A stretch of DNA of 64,000 nt. Source: Octopus vulgaris (lineage: Eukaryota). Shown piece after piece: positions 41,186 through 54,304 of the stretch (its first letter is position 1; the number at the start of each line of letters is the position of its first letter). Below the pieces are notes generated by a model. That model made no database searches and was not told where the DNA came from. It was given only the letters and a program-made list of their open reading frames with translations. Where the stretch lies: the NCBI GenBank assembly GCA_951406725.2, contig OX597820.1, positions 81,654,001-81,718,000 on the forward strand. The letters run 5' to 3'. The position numbers and the translations under genes are program-made.

Positions 41186-43496
41186 TCTCTCTCTATATAA
41201 ACGGCAGTTTGTCTGTCTGTGTGTCTGTCAGGTTGTACCCTCACCCTGACCACGGCTTTCAACCGATTCTGATGAAACTTGACACACACACAGCCCAATG
41301 TCATAATTCAAAACTAACGCAGCGAAAATTTTGAAAAGTTCCCCCAGTTCTGAAAACATCGTTAAATTCGACATGGGGTCGAGAATCTAAGCTTTTCATA
41401 TGCAACACATTTTCTGTTGTAGTTTTCGCAACTTGCAATCGATTTTCACCAAACTCATGTTACCCTAAGAAACTTAATTCTGACGTTAGTTTTCCATGCA
41501 ATACCTTACCATCAGAAAAAATCGATAAAATCAAGCCATTTTGGGAAATCGCGTTCAAATTCAAGATGACATATTTTCAACAATATCTTTAACAAATTGG
41601 CAGGAATTTTTTTTTAATTCACAGCGAACACCATATCTGCTCCAAGGAGCTATATGGCCCTTTTTATTCCAATAGGATACTTTATTACTGGAAAAAATCG
41701 GTTAATTAAATCATATGTGGCACACATAGCAAACCGATTTGTGTATTAAACACAAACCACAGACTGTCTAGGGGACGCAACTCGACCTTCTTTAGCTCTC
41801 TTACTCCCTCAAATAACTATCAAACAGCTATCGATAATTCAACCCACAGGAGGAAATCTAGACTTAATCTTCAAGGTATCCCACATACAAACCAAAGATT
41901 ACATCGAAACCTGCAGACTAACCTAAATTTTGGTGAACCAATTCCTACCAGGAAGAAATTACATTCGAGACTTTACCCCCAACACCGCCACTTCAAGCAG
42001 TCAATGCTCTGGTGGCAAAGTGAACCTGCCACCCCTACGGGAACCACCTCAACCGCTGAAGGATCTCGCGGCAGGTTTAACCCCCGAATCATCACAATTC
42101 CTTGAAATCATTCGAAAGTACAACTGCTCATTCCAAATGACCTCTTTCGGGGCCAAAATTCCTCCTAGAGAAGGCTGGATGCCTACTTTCACAGTGCAGG
42201 GACAGGTCTACCATCTTATTGGGTCACTTCTGCCAGACGAGATTCAGCAGTCTTCTTTCCTCCAAATCTACTTCATTGCCGACTACAACCAGCAGGTTGA
42301 TGCACGCCTTGGAATAATACCGGGTACATGCTATGTTCCCCGCAGAGACGTTCTTCTCCGTCTCCAAACCATGCTTCATGCTATCAACAGCTACGTCCGC
42401 AGCTTCAGGTATTCCTTGGACAGTCCTCCGTCTCCAGATTTCACCATTGTCATTGATGCTGATAAACGACCCCACGGGGAGCACGAACGCCGTTACAACG
42501 CACCTGCGTGCAACGAAATTGCCGCAGTCATACACGGAGAGCAACACAACAGCCGTGACATAATCATCTCCTCCCGTGGTAACAGCCTACGCAGGATCAG
42601 CGAGACTCACAGATCTTATGACTCGCTTCAGTATCCATTGCTTTTCCCTTATGGGGAAGACGGCTACCACTTCGGAATTCCTTTACGGCAGCCTTCCAAT
42701 CAAACTACTGCAGCATCAAAGACGGTTTCCTGCAGGGCGTTCTACTGATACCGGTTCATGGTCAGGGAGGGTGAGTTTAACTTATTGCCCGTTGTCGTCA
42801 GCTATTCAACCAGTTCGCCGTCGACATGGCCGCCAAAATGGAATCGGAAAGGCTGCTATGCATTAAACTTAATCAGACCAAACTTCGCTCCGACTCCTAC
42901 ATTCATCTCCGTGACGGCTTGCAACAAGAAAATTACCCTCGCAACATTGGCAAGCCATGCATTCTACCCTCCACCTTCACGGGAGGACCGCGATATATGC
43001 GTGAGAGGATCCAAGACGCCTTGACTTACGTGCGCATTTACGGCCGGCCGGCCGGACCTCTTTATCACCTACACGTGCAATCCCAACTGCGACGAAATCA
43101 CTCGCGAACTCCTCCCGGGTCAAGAGCTATTCTCGCACCCAAAAATACAACCGTCAACTCCATCAATATCCAGCTACTTGAAACTATTCCTGGTGATGTT
43201 CACGTCTACAAATCTATAGATAGGACAGCGGACCCCGCCGAGCTTGCCGATTATCCTGTTGAATTCCTGAATTCACTTGAACCGCCAGGCCTGCCGCCAC
43301 ACATCCTGAAGTTAAAAGTCGGTGCACCCATCATGCTCATAAGGAATTTGGTTCCACCTAAACAGTGCAACGGCACACGTCTGGTTGTGAAACATTTGGC
43401 ACCACATTTAATAACGGCCACAATACTTAGATCGGGATTAGTCGTTGCCTACTAGGGGCTCTTACATACCCGGGCAACGCCGGGCTAAGCTGCTAG
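41186..43496 (+). mobile_element. Internally deleted Helitron with intact termini
   Basis: 5' TC after host A. 3' CCCGG gcaacg CCGGG hairpin and CTAG before host T. Rep motifs MTSFGA, QGQVYH, RRYNAP, YDSLQYPLLFPYGEDG, ILPSTFTGGPRYM, fused to PIF1 motifs ILAPKN, GLPPHILKLKVGAPIMLIRN, CNGTRL. Confidence 0.95.
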
Positions 43497-43639
43497 TAAA
43501 TATATAAATGATTCCACTAATTAAACAGATATATATAATATTATATAATTTTTAAAAATAAATTTGTAATAACTTATCATTGATAGGCATTATATTAGAA
43601 CAATACCCCCTTGGTAATAACGCTGTAACCTAAATTTCT

Positions 43640-43686
<47 letters not shown>

Positions 43687-43732
43687 CATGTGTATGTATA
43701 CGTATGTATGTGTATGTATATGTATGTATATA

Positions 43733-43771
<39 letters not shown>

Positions 43772-43805
43772 GTGTGTTATGTATGTGTATGTATGTATGT
43801 ATATA

Positions 43806-43855
<50 letters not shown>

Positions 43856-44428
43856 CGTGTGTGTGTGTTTGTATGTATGTATATATATATGTATACGTAA
43901 CTTTATCCATATATTTTTTTATTACTTACATACATTTTTTTACACATAGTTTTGTCTGATTTGTTGTTTATGTTACCGGTTATCCATTAACCAACCATAA
44001 CAAAGTCATGGCCTTTCAAAAAAATAGATGACCAATTAGATTATGGAACTGACCGTAACCCCTCCCCATTTCCCGTAAGATTTCAGCTGCTCGATAAATG
44101 AATTAATAAATGACTGAAATTAATAAAGTATCGTGTTTAATACCCGGAAATTTATTTCTTTTAGTACCATCTAATATCACAGGTAGTAATATAAACTCTA
44201 ACCTACATATAGTGGACCATTGTCTAAAACCTTGAATAGAAACATATCGAATGTTTATATGTATATATATATGTTTGTGTATAATTATTATAAGTATATA
44301 AAAAGAAACATACGAAATATTGAAAAAATCCTCCCTTCTCAACACATGTATACAATATGTATGTACCTATGGGTATGTTTGCACTTAAATCTATATCTAT
44401 GTATATATGTGTATGTATATGTATATAT

Positions 44429-44734
44429 GGAGGCGTAATGGCCCCGTGGTTAGGGCAGCGGACTCGCGGTCGTAGGATCACGGTTTCGATACCCAGACCG
44501 GGCGTTGTGTGTTTTTATTGAGCGAAAACACCTAAAAGCTCCACGAGGCTCCGGCAGGGGGTGGTGATCCCTGCTGTACTCCTTCACCACTCTTTCTCTC
44601 ACTCTTTCTTCTGTTGGCCTGCTCGCTTAACCAGTGGGGTGGCGTCATTCGAAGGCTAAAACAATGCGAACGCATTGTGATCAGCGATGTGTAGCAACAT
44701 CTGATGGTCTGGTCGGTCAGGTGATCAGGTGATA
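44429..44734 (+). mobile_element. tRNA-derived SINE, same head as 1496-1876, tail type 2
   Basis: GGAGGCGTAATGGCCCCGTGGTTAGGGCAGCGGACTCGCGG head. Tail ends in GGTGATCA repeats. Confidence 0.9.
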
Positions 44735-45057
44735 TGTATATATATTTCTGCATTCCTCTTTTATATACCTTTTTATTCCTACATAACTACAGTAATATTA
44801 GGATATATTGTTTTTATATTCCACTATTATTTGATAACTTTCTCCTTCCTTTGATTATACTTTATCTAATAAGAATAATATAATACACCTAATAAAAATA
44901 ATAATTGATTCCTCTGTATACATATACATATACATATGAAAATAAAAATATAGAAATATATGTACATGTGTTTATATGTTTATGTGTACGTATGTATATG
45001 TACAAGTGTGTATATGTGTATGTATTTGTATTTATAACTTAACCTTATGAAATTTCT

Positions 45058-45173
45058 AAACTCTCTGACGAAGCCCAGAGACACACCCAAGTACCTAAAT
45101 CTTATCTACCACTGAAGGGAGATAAGTAGATTGGGGTACTTTGGCCTCTTGGCTGAAACTGCTGTAAAATATT
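45058..45173 (+). ncRNA. Hammerhead-like motif with ~83-nt stem II
   Basis: CTGACGA-AGCC.AGAG...GTACC...CTTATCT..AGATAAG...GGTAC...CTCT.GGCT-GAAA-CTGCTG-TA. Stem I is degenerate. Confidence 0.6.
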
Positions 45174-45324
45174 ATCCTATCTTTTGTGATCTACGTTATA
45201 TATTTTGATAATTACTGGTATTTTTTATATATTGTATATGTAAAGCACATTATGCTATACATGTATGTATATTGTTATACTGGTATATTAAAAAAAAATA
45301 AAGAGATAATATAACGTCTAAACG

Positions 45325-45700
45325 TTGGTGAATACCACAGTTTGGGCAAACTGTGGAACCTGCCCCAACCTACTTGAAGGTTCGGATTTTCTTTTCAAAC
45401 AAAGACAGAGGTTCACAATTAAAACTAGTTTTACCTGTGTCTCTCAGAACCTAATTTATGTAATAACTTGCTCGGGTTTCGGACACCACTATAGTGGACA
45501 AACGAGTATGACCTTGAGAAAGAGAACCACTCTACATAAGGAGCAAATCCGTTTCCCGCAATACAGAAAAATTCCTCTCAGAGAACATATAGAAAGATGT
45601 GCAGGTAACATCAAACCAAATTTCACAGTCTTCCCTTTCTACCAGTGCAAAGACGCAATCTCTCAACTAGAACGTTTAAATAAAGAAAAGTAATATGCAC
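45325..45700 (+). mobile_element. PLE GIY-YIG fragment (Neptune-like)
   Basis: NCGTCPNL...FTCVSQNLIYVITCSG..HYSGQT...RTTLHKEQI...HIERC. Confidence 0.85.
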
Positions 45701-45999
45701 GCATAACCAACTTTTATCTTTTTAGATATTTCAATTCCCGATTACATCACTGTACATAAATCCCCTACTAAACAAGATTTTTGAAAATTGTCTCTGTCTG
45801 TACACATATATAATCCCCACTCATTACCGAAAGCTGAACAGTTATCTCCCTTACCCACAACAATAACAATAATAACGACAACCAATTACTTCCCATTATT
45901 TATCTACTTGTGAAGTCATTAACTCGTGAATTTCATCACACACAACATGGACCAAATTTCTTCTTAAGAAAAAATATATATTCAAATAAGTAAAACATA

Positions 46000-46034
46000 A
46001 TATCATGAATAGCGATAGCGAAACCGGTCGATAT
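46000..46034 (+). ncRNA. Minimal hammerhead variant with A3-U8 core
   Basis: ATATC-ATGAATA-GC gata GC-GAAA-CCGG-TC-GATAT, about 300 bp downstream of the GIY-YIG ORF on the same strand. Confidence 0.6.
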
Positions 46035-46092
46035 ATTAAAAATTATATTAAAACTATGTAAGTGTGCGTATTTTCCTTTTTTAATTTCTTAC

Positions 46093-46140
<48 letters not shown>

Positions 46141-47236
46141 ACAGGCGTGTGTACCCTTGCGTTTGTCTTCCCACACTCCCCTTGTAAACTAGCGGACTCT
46201 AAACAATACCTACTAATTTCTTCATGCCACCCAAAACATACCAAATCCAGTATTCTATAATCCCCAGGCCAACATGAAAGACTCATTGAATTAAAACAAA
46301 TACACCTTGAAAGAAAATATATGTCCACTTAGATTAAATATGCATCGTCAACAAATACCTGGTCTCAAAACGTAATCAACATCGTGGTACATGCACGAAG
46401 ACCAAATCTCCCAAATTTCTTCAATTCCCATTCTATCAATGTGCAGATAATATTCCAGAAAAACAAGAATTAATTAGGAATTTTCGTTTATTAAAAATTA
46501 TGATCCACTGCTAAACAGGCTATAAACAAGCATCAGCAATACACAATTTCCCTTTTTCTATAAATAAATTATTGTACATTGTCCACTTGGGTTCGTTCTT
46601 AAGAAAACCAAAATCCACGTAGCAGCTATCTTGTCTCCATAATTCGTTCTCTTACTGACCCAACACCTTGTTAAAGAAGGGATCTGTTTTAACACGTTGA
46701 ACTACCACTAATTAATACCATTAAATACCATTATTAATAACAATCATTCATTATCTGTAACACTTTCATGTAAACACTTATTACATCACTTATTCACATC
46801 TATCTTTTCTAGCTACTATATGACATTTTCAATGGAGAACATCTTTTATGCGACCTCTTCGAATGTTGTCATATGAGCTTAATACATGAACGTTGACCAA
46901 TTAATCTGTTCGTTAAATGGTAGTGTTCTGCGCCACATCCCTACTATAAAAAAAACTATTTTATAACAGCGTCCAGAATACACATAGTCCGCGAGACAGG
47001 TAAATATACTAACCATTTTTGAGAATTTAATGTGAAACCGGTAAAGTGTATTCCTTTACTTTAAAATAAAATTAGTTCTAATATATTCTCTGTACATTAT
47101 TAACGCAATTCCTTCTATTTCGATACTTGTTTGCATTAACAAAAACAATACATACATACGTACACGCACACGCACACGCACACACATACGCATACATATA
47201 TATGTATATATACATGTATATATATATGTATATGTG

Positions 47237-47268
<32 letters not shown>

Positions 47269-47306
47269 TGTATGTATGTATGTATGTACGTATGTATGTA
47301 TGTATG

Positions 47307-47362
<56 letters not shown>

Positions 47363-47574
47363 AGAGAAGGGAAGAAATGGAGCTGAACGAAGATTCTACA
47401 AAATTCCTTTTTATTATTTTCTACACATGAAACTTCAATTATCCGCCCTAAGGCACGGTTGCGATACCCCATGGTCGTAACCTCAACCGTGCTTTTTCTG
47501 TTGTGATTTTTGCTACCCAGGTATCGGTTAAATTTTGAATAATCCGTAACAAGATAATTCATTTATCCATTTCA

Positions 47575-47646
<72 letters not shown>

Positions 47647-47649
<3 letters not shown>

Positions 47650-47765
47650 CCTGCTTCCTTAGCCCAGCGGGGTGGCGTCATTCGAAGGCTAAAACAATGC
47701 GAAGCGCATTGTGACCAGCGATGTGTAGCAACTTCTGATGGTCTGGTCGGTCACGTGATCACATG

Positions 47766-47768
<3 letters not shown>
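47647..47768 (+). mobile_element. SINE 3' fragment (tail type 2) in TA array
   Basis: Matches 44614-44734. Confidence 0.85.
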
Positions 47769-47813
<45 letters not shown>

Positions 47814-48014
47814 AATGTATGTATATTTTTCAATGTGTACAAATAGCAAGGAAAAAATAAATAAATATTTACCAGGGTAGCAAAAATTCATATAAGTGCT
47901 AAGGATATTTCAGCCAACCTATAAAAGTAGAAATTCCTGTATTAAGTGAAATACTTTTGTATTACTTGGATAAATTAATGGAGTCAAACACATGCGTTAT
48001 TCAAATCACTTATA

Positions 48015-48092
48015 CTTCCAACATATGTTTCGAAAAATCGTTGAGAAGGAATGAAAATGATGTAAACAATGCAATCATCTCGTCGGGGAAAA
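48015..48092 (-). ncRNA. Degenerate hammerhead-like motif
   Basis: Minus strand reads TTCC-CCGACGA-GATGATTG...CGATTTTTC-GAAA-CATATG-TT-GGAA. Confidence 0.5.
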
Positions 48093-48369
48093 GAAAGAGA
48101 AACAAGACACATCAATAAGCCATTTTAATCGAATGTTATTACCGCGTACGTAAGTATATGATGTAAGGAAAACACTAGTAAGTTATTTTTTGATAAACCG
48201 TTAATAGATTTAACGTCAAAGATAATTTAGAGAATGAGAAGGAGGAGAAAGAAAGAAATTAACAGAAAATAATGAGTGGAAAAAACGTAGTGTGATAGAT
48301 GAATGGAAATAAAGTTTAATAGTGTGGATATAGACATATGAAGTGGAAATTAAATGTATGAAGACATTT

Positions 48370-49060
48370 AGAGGTCGAATTTTACGCATTGGTAGAAATT
48401 TCTTAGACTTTCTAAATTATCTGCTAATGTTGATATCTTTAAGGATAAAGCCGAATTTCATAACTCTGCCTTACTTAAAGCATGCTATAATGAAGAAATT
48501 TCCTGTATTAACCCTACTGACATTAAATCTACCTCTATTAATCAGGGCTTGAAAACACATCATAACGGTAATAACAATATAAATTTTATTTCGGACAACA
48601 ACAATAGATCGAAGAAGGTAATTTTGCAGCGCAAGGGGGATAGCCGTTCTTTATATCCCTTTATACGTAATAAAAATAAATCGACGACTTTCAAAGATAA
48701 TTACACTAATAACAAGGTGTGTTCTAGTAAAATAGTTTGGTTGATCATTCCATTTGATGAGCAGATCAAATCCAATCTCTCTTATCAATTTCACGAAGCT
48801 ATAGCTTCGTGAAAGTATTTTCCAAAACATTCCAGATACCATTCCATTATAAATTCAGACCGAATTAGGATAGGTTTTTCAAATCCAGTTAACGAAAATA
48901 ATAACAGTGATATTATTTACGCTAACTATTCTTTGAACAATAATAGTAACAATATTAATATTTCTGATGTGAGTTGGAATCGTATTCGTTTCCTTAGCAG
49001 TCATTCCAAGACTAGAAACTCTGTTTATCAATATAAAATTACTTCCGGTTCTGATGTCTT
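48370..49060 (+). mobile_element. PLE fragment (thumb/linker region, Asn-rich)
   Basis: KAEFHNSALLKACY, KIVWLIIPF, FPKHSRYHSIIN..RIRIGFS are homologous to the linker of the 3510-5330 element. Confidence 0.65.
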
Positions 49061-49077
49061 TTATATGTATATATGTG

Positions 49078-49143
<66 letters not shown>

Positions 49144-49147
49144 TATA

Positions 49148-49363
49148 TAGTGACGGTTTGTTGCCAACTTAATGTGACACAAGTGTTCTGTGTCCTTAAG
49201 TTTTCAAACAGGGGAGATGTTTAAAACTCTCCTGTTTGAAAACTTAAGGAGACAGAACGTTTGTCACGTAGCCAACTAGAAACGGTGTGTCTTGGGGCTA
49301 GATTGCAGTAGCATTCTTCCCTTTCCTGGAACTGCTGCATTAAGTTGGCAATAAACCATCACT
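49148..49363. repeat. Nested inverted repeats (multibranch fold)
   Basis: Outer AGTGACGGTTTGTTGCCAACTTAATG / CATTAAGTTGGCAATAAACCATCACT. Inner ~41-bp arms at 49174-49267. Confidence 0.9.
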
Positions 49364-49651
49364 TTATCGTGTTGCTACTGCATAACATTCTCTGCGAGAT
49401 TTAGAGATGTTACTATTTCTAATTTTATATATATATATACACCTAGACATACACACACGCACACGTCAAGACCACCAGCCCTCTTCCTCACGCATATACA
49501 TTCTCTTTTCCACACACGCGCACCTTCGTTTTGGGGATCACCTTTACTTTGTTATCTCCCCTAGTTCTTCGCTCTCCTGTGTGACCCTTCTGTCCGACAT
49601 TCACCATGATAGATCGGTAGCCACTACACACATTTTTTTCACTCCTTGTTC

Positions 49652-49687
49652 CTTTCTGTGGAAGAGTGTTGGCTCGAAACGTTAAAG
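49652..49687 (+). ncRNA. Minimal hammerhead-like variant
   Basis: CTTT-CTGTGGAA-GAGT gttg GCTC-GAAA-CG-TT-AAAG. Downstream GAGCGTT..TAATAC motif is shared with the 3372 copy. Confidence 0.5.
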
Positions 49688-50285
49688 ACTTTTTCAATTC
49701 CTGAGCGTTATACTAATACATCTGTTTGTTTTCTACACCATCTGTCTTCGTTTTTTTGTTTTTTTTGTGATTTCTCCCCTTATATATATATACATATATG
49801 TACATACATATATACATGTGGATATGGATATGCATATATGGGTACAGGACGTATGAAAACGTAAACAGCATGAAATACAAAAATAAAGTTGAGTACGTGA
49901 ACAACGAGAGAATCAAATAGAAAACTAGACAAGTAACTTAAGCAATGATCCTTCATCAGTTGTCGGCTGCCCTTCTACTCCTTATTTCGAGCATTGAACG
50001 ACAATATAAGACTTTGAAGGCAGTTGCTCCCGCGAAGTGTCAAAGGTGGTAGCAAAAACAGGACGGTGGAGACATACACGGAAACCGAACGAAAACAAAG
50101 ATGGAGGGTCGATAGACCAGACAAGGTATAATAGTAAACGCTGGAGAAATATTGATAGAAGAGGAAATAGGTAGGAATACGTGCAGTCTGTACGACAGCA
50201 CTGAAACATGATTATATGGGGAAAAGAAATTTATGTATGCATGCATGCATACATGCATGCATACATACATACATACATACATACA

Positions 50286-50341
<56 letters not shown>

Positions 50342-50551
50342 CGCACACAAACACGTGTGAACACTCATATTCGTGAATGTTTTTTGTGTATGTATACATA
50401 AGTATATCAAGAAAGAGAAACAAGAGGGAGGGAGAGAAAGAAAGCAAGTGTGAGAGGGAAGTATAACATGCTGGAAAATTAGTATATAAACATTAATGCA
50501 TATACATATGGATACATTCTCAGTATATTTGCTTATGTATGTATGTATATT

Positions 50552-50625
<74 letters not shown>

Positions 50626-51189
50626 AAGTGATACACACACATGCATATATATGTGAGTGTCTATATATGTATGTATGTAAACATGCATGCATGTATGTAT
50701 GTAAATATGTATATAAATATGTATGTATGTACATGTGTGAGTATACAGAGGACAACTCCCTTCCGAGGAAACATTTTTCTTAACCGCAAATCTAAAGGCA
50801 ATTCACAAGTCTTTTAACCTCTTAAGAAATTGTATCACCACAGCTGTTGTAGCTATTGTCACTGCTGCTGCTGTATTATTATTATTATTATTGTAGTAGG
50901 TTTTATCCTTTTTTACTTTTGCCATCGTCGTCGACGTCATCATTTTTGAAGTAATATTTCCTATGCATTATAACAAACAAGTGTTTCACTGTGCGTGGTC
51001 GTCTGAAACCCAAGAAACCTTGTGGCTGATATGTTTCTGTTTTTGTTTTTCTAAATTTAAAATTCCCTATTAATATTATATTTATAAACTTTGTCTTTTA
51101 GTATCTCGTATAATGTAATTCTATACGGACCACGTCAATTTTATATATAGAATTGCAATTATTGTAGAATACATACATACATACACATA

Positions 51190-51242
<53 letters not shown>

Positions 51243-51311
51243 GAGAATATTACTTCCAAGTACACAGGAAAAAACATTTAAAATTAGATGTACTAAAATG
51301 AACATCTCTCA

Positions 51312-51570
51312 ATCTTTTTACTCTTTTACTTGTTTCAGTCATTTGACTGAATGTGGAGCACCGCCTTGAAGGGTTTTATAGTCGGCCCTAGGACTTATTC
51401 GTATATATATAAAAGTAATTTTAGAGACAGTTTTGATTGAGTTGAAGGTGGTTCTATCTCTAAAATTACTTTTATATATACGAATAAGTCCTAGGGCCGA
51501 CTATAAAACCCTTCAAGGCGGTGCTCCACAATCAGTCAAATGACTGAAACAAGTAAAAGAGTAAAAAGAT
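51312..51570. repeat. ~260-bp palindrome with SINE-tail arms
   Basis: About 115-bp arms, nearly perfect, around a ~28-nt spacer. Confidence 0.95.
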
Positions 51571-51699
51571 GTATGTATGTGTGTATATAATATATATATA
51601 TGTGTGTGTGTGTGTATATGCATAGCCACTTATCCAGTGTGTTTGCTGGCATGAATTGGTCCCTCCTTACTATATACGACTTGCATTCGTGCAACAAAG

Positions 51700-52135
51700 T
51701 TCTTACAGTTCACTCTGACACCAGAAATTCTTTAGCATTGGACCTTATTGATTTTCCTGGATCCTCATCGACAATGTTTGAACCCATTAGATAAACTGTA
51801 AAGTCCTTATAGCATCCAAACTTCTAGAGCGCTTTCCTTTTTTGATACAGTTGAAGCATTCCCGTCAGAGGCATCTATTTCCGTCCGAGCTTTGTGTAGA
51901 AAAAGTCTTGCAGCATTTAAAAAAGTTGACTATTTCTAAACCACTTTGTTCCGCACATATAGCAACTATGACTGCATGTCTTTTCATTATTGTGTTACCA
52001 TTTTATTTGCCATAGGGGATCTGAAAGAAATAAAGCCTTTTAATTGATTTGAAGAGAGTAATATTATACCAGTAATTAAATGCCCTCAAATATCCCACGC
52101 AGTCTTTACTTAACGGCAACCATATTTTGACAGCG
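51700..52135 (-). mobile_element. Tc1/mariner (maT-like) 5' fragment
   Basis: MKRHAVIVAICAEQSGLEIVNFLNAARLFLHKARTEIDASDGNAST is an HTH-like transposase N-terminus. Confidence 0.55.
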
Positions 52136-52900
52136 CGCTTTTTATTCATTTTTGTTTTTCAGCTTTTTTATTCTGTGAAAGATTAGCAGCGGTCATGACC
52201 TTTGCAAATTATTTTACAATGATAAGTTCGATATGATTGATAATAAGTATGTAAATTGGCGTGGTTGGGAGGCTTCGAGAGAAGTGAGTATAAAGAGAAC
52301 CGTTAGTATTCTCTTTAAAGTTTGGATGAGCCTAATTTTTAGAGTGGAGTTGGGTGGATATATGGATAATGAGAGAAAGGAAAGAAGAGAAGATGAGACA
52401 GAGTAGAGAGGATGAAATGAAGGAAAGGAGTGTATATTGTTATGGTAGTGGTAGGGAGAGGAAGTGAAAGGAAGAAGAGACTGTGCACAAGTATGCTGCT
52501 ATTGGTTATAAGGTGTTATTGACTGGCAAGTTTATCAATCAGTTTTTTGGCTGTTTTTTAAAGTGTAAATAATAAAGGAGCACTAAGTTTGGTCTGTGAT
52601 ATTTAAGGCATAAAAGTAGAGTCTATCTAGCTCTATGAGGGGAGAACAAGCTGCTATCCCAGCTGTTGTGATTTGGAATTGATGAATAGTGAATTAGATT
52701 GCAGTGTCGAATTCAACTCCTACGATAAATTTGCGTATAGAGGCAAGTTCTGTTTAATGCTGGAGTGTATGGCCTTGTAGCTTAGGAGACGATTAATTTT
52801 CTTGTCTCGAAGAAAAAGAGAAAACGTCATTCATATGACAAGTTAACGAAGTGACAATATTGAAATAGCAACTAAATCTTTCTTATATGACGCCCTAAAG

Positions 52901-53400
52901 CAGGGCTTCTGAACGGGAGTGCATATGCACCCCTGGGGGTGCACAGGAAAATCTGGGGTGCAAGAAACATTTTTGGGATGAAAAGTATTTTTCTCATTTT
53001 TGTTAATTTACTAATTGATCAGCCGTCAGCTCACTGGAGTTTTGCATGAAGCGTAGACAATAAAGTTCACGCAGTGCGTGCGCTTTGGCACGCAAGTACG
53101 TACGTATTAACCACAATTATGGTTGTTCGTTGAGCACGCACCCCCGCATGGATCAATGATATTTCAGGCTTGCTCAGGCGTCTCATGGATGTGTAACGAA
53201 CGCGCGAGATATACGCGAGACATCTCACGCGTACGTTAAGCGTGCACCTCTATATAGTTTGGCATAGCTACTGCGCCGATCATTGCTGTCAGAGATTATT
53301 CGCTAGAAATTCACGTCATATCAACAAACTTTTCGGACCACGCTTTTATTGGTAAATGTTTTGTTGATACTTTATGCATTTTAGTTGTTCACTTATTATC
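52901..53400 (+). mobile_element. Possible hAT/Charlie-like 5' end
   Basis: CAGGGCTTCTGAAC start followed by a GCACCCCTGGGGGTGC sub-terminal palindrome. No matching 3' TIR or TSD identified. Confidence 0.4.
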
Positions 53401-53606
53401 CTTATTGTCATATTTACTCCTCAAATTAAATTTATTGACATCAAGAGCCAAAAAATGCGATGGGTTAAAGGTTGGGATTGATCAGAGAATAGGCAATCCA
53501 TTTATTTATCAAATAACATCCGAAATAAAAGATAACAATTCATTTATCATCATAATATCGGTACTTAAATACTTTATATATTTTGTTCCCCGAATTCTGA
53601 CCAACA

Positions 53607-53902
53607 GTTCCTTCTCAAGCCATGCCTGGCTCATAAGGGCCGGTTTCCCGGTTTCATTGGCGTATAGGTTCCCCAGTTGGACGAGACGCCGGTCCGTCGC
53701 AGGTGAGCTGCTAGATACAGGAGGAAAGAGCGAGAGAAAGTTGGGGCGAAAGAATAAGCAGAAGTTCGCCATTATCTTCTGCCGGAACCGCGTGAAGATT
53801 AGGTGTTTCGCTCATAAAAACACACATCGCCCGGTCTGAGATTCGAACCCGCGCTCTCTCGACCGCGAGTCCGCTGCTCTAACCACTAGGCCATGTGCCT
53901 CC
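53607..53902 (-). mobile_element. tRNA-derived SINE, related head, tail type 3
   Basis: GGAGGCACATGGCCTAGTGGTTAGAGCAGCGGACTCGCGGTCG...GGTTCGAATC. Confidence 0.9.
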
Positions 53903-53958
53903 ATTGACCAACAGTTAATTATTACTGATCTTCAATGCGTACTTCCATGCAACCAGTA

Positions 53959-54304
53959 GTAAAGGGTAAAGACCCCCTTCGGTCATGACTGACCTTGTGA
54001 TTGCACCTAGAAAGTTACCCTCCCAGGTACAAGTCCGGGTAAGCTTGTTTATGGAAGACCAGCAGTCGCCCATGCATACCATCCTCCCCTCTCCATGCCA
54101 CCAGTGTTATCCAAGGGAAAGGCAATTGCCGATACATCTTGGCACCAGTGATGTTGTAACTCATTTCTACAGCTGAGTGAACTGGAGCAACGTGAAATAA
54201 AGTGTCTTGCTCAAGAACACAACACGCAGCCCAGTCCAGGATTCGAGCTCACAACCTCACGATCGTAAGCTCGACGCTCTAACCACTGAGCCATGCGCCT
54301 TCAC
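53959..54304 (-). mobile_element. Full-length tRNA-derived SINE
   Basis: GTGAAGGCGCATGGCTCAGTGGTTAGAGCG head, CTTGAGCAAGACACTTT core, (TTTACCC) tail. Confidence 0.9.

Noticed and set aside
49925-50010. Minus-strand GCTCGAAA followed by CTGATGA
   Set aside because: The halves do not pair into one ribozyme. Probably two decayed PLE-terminal motifs.
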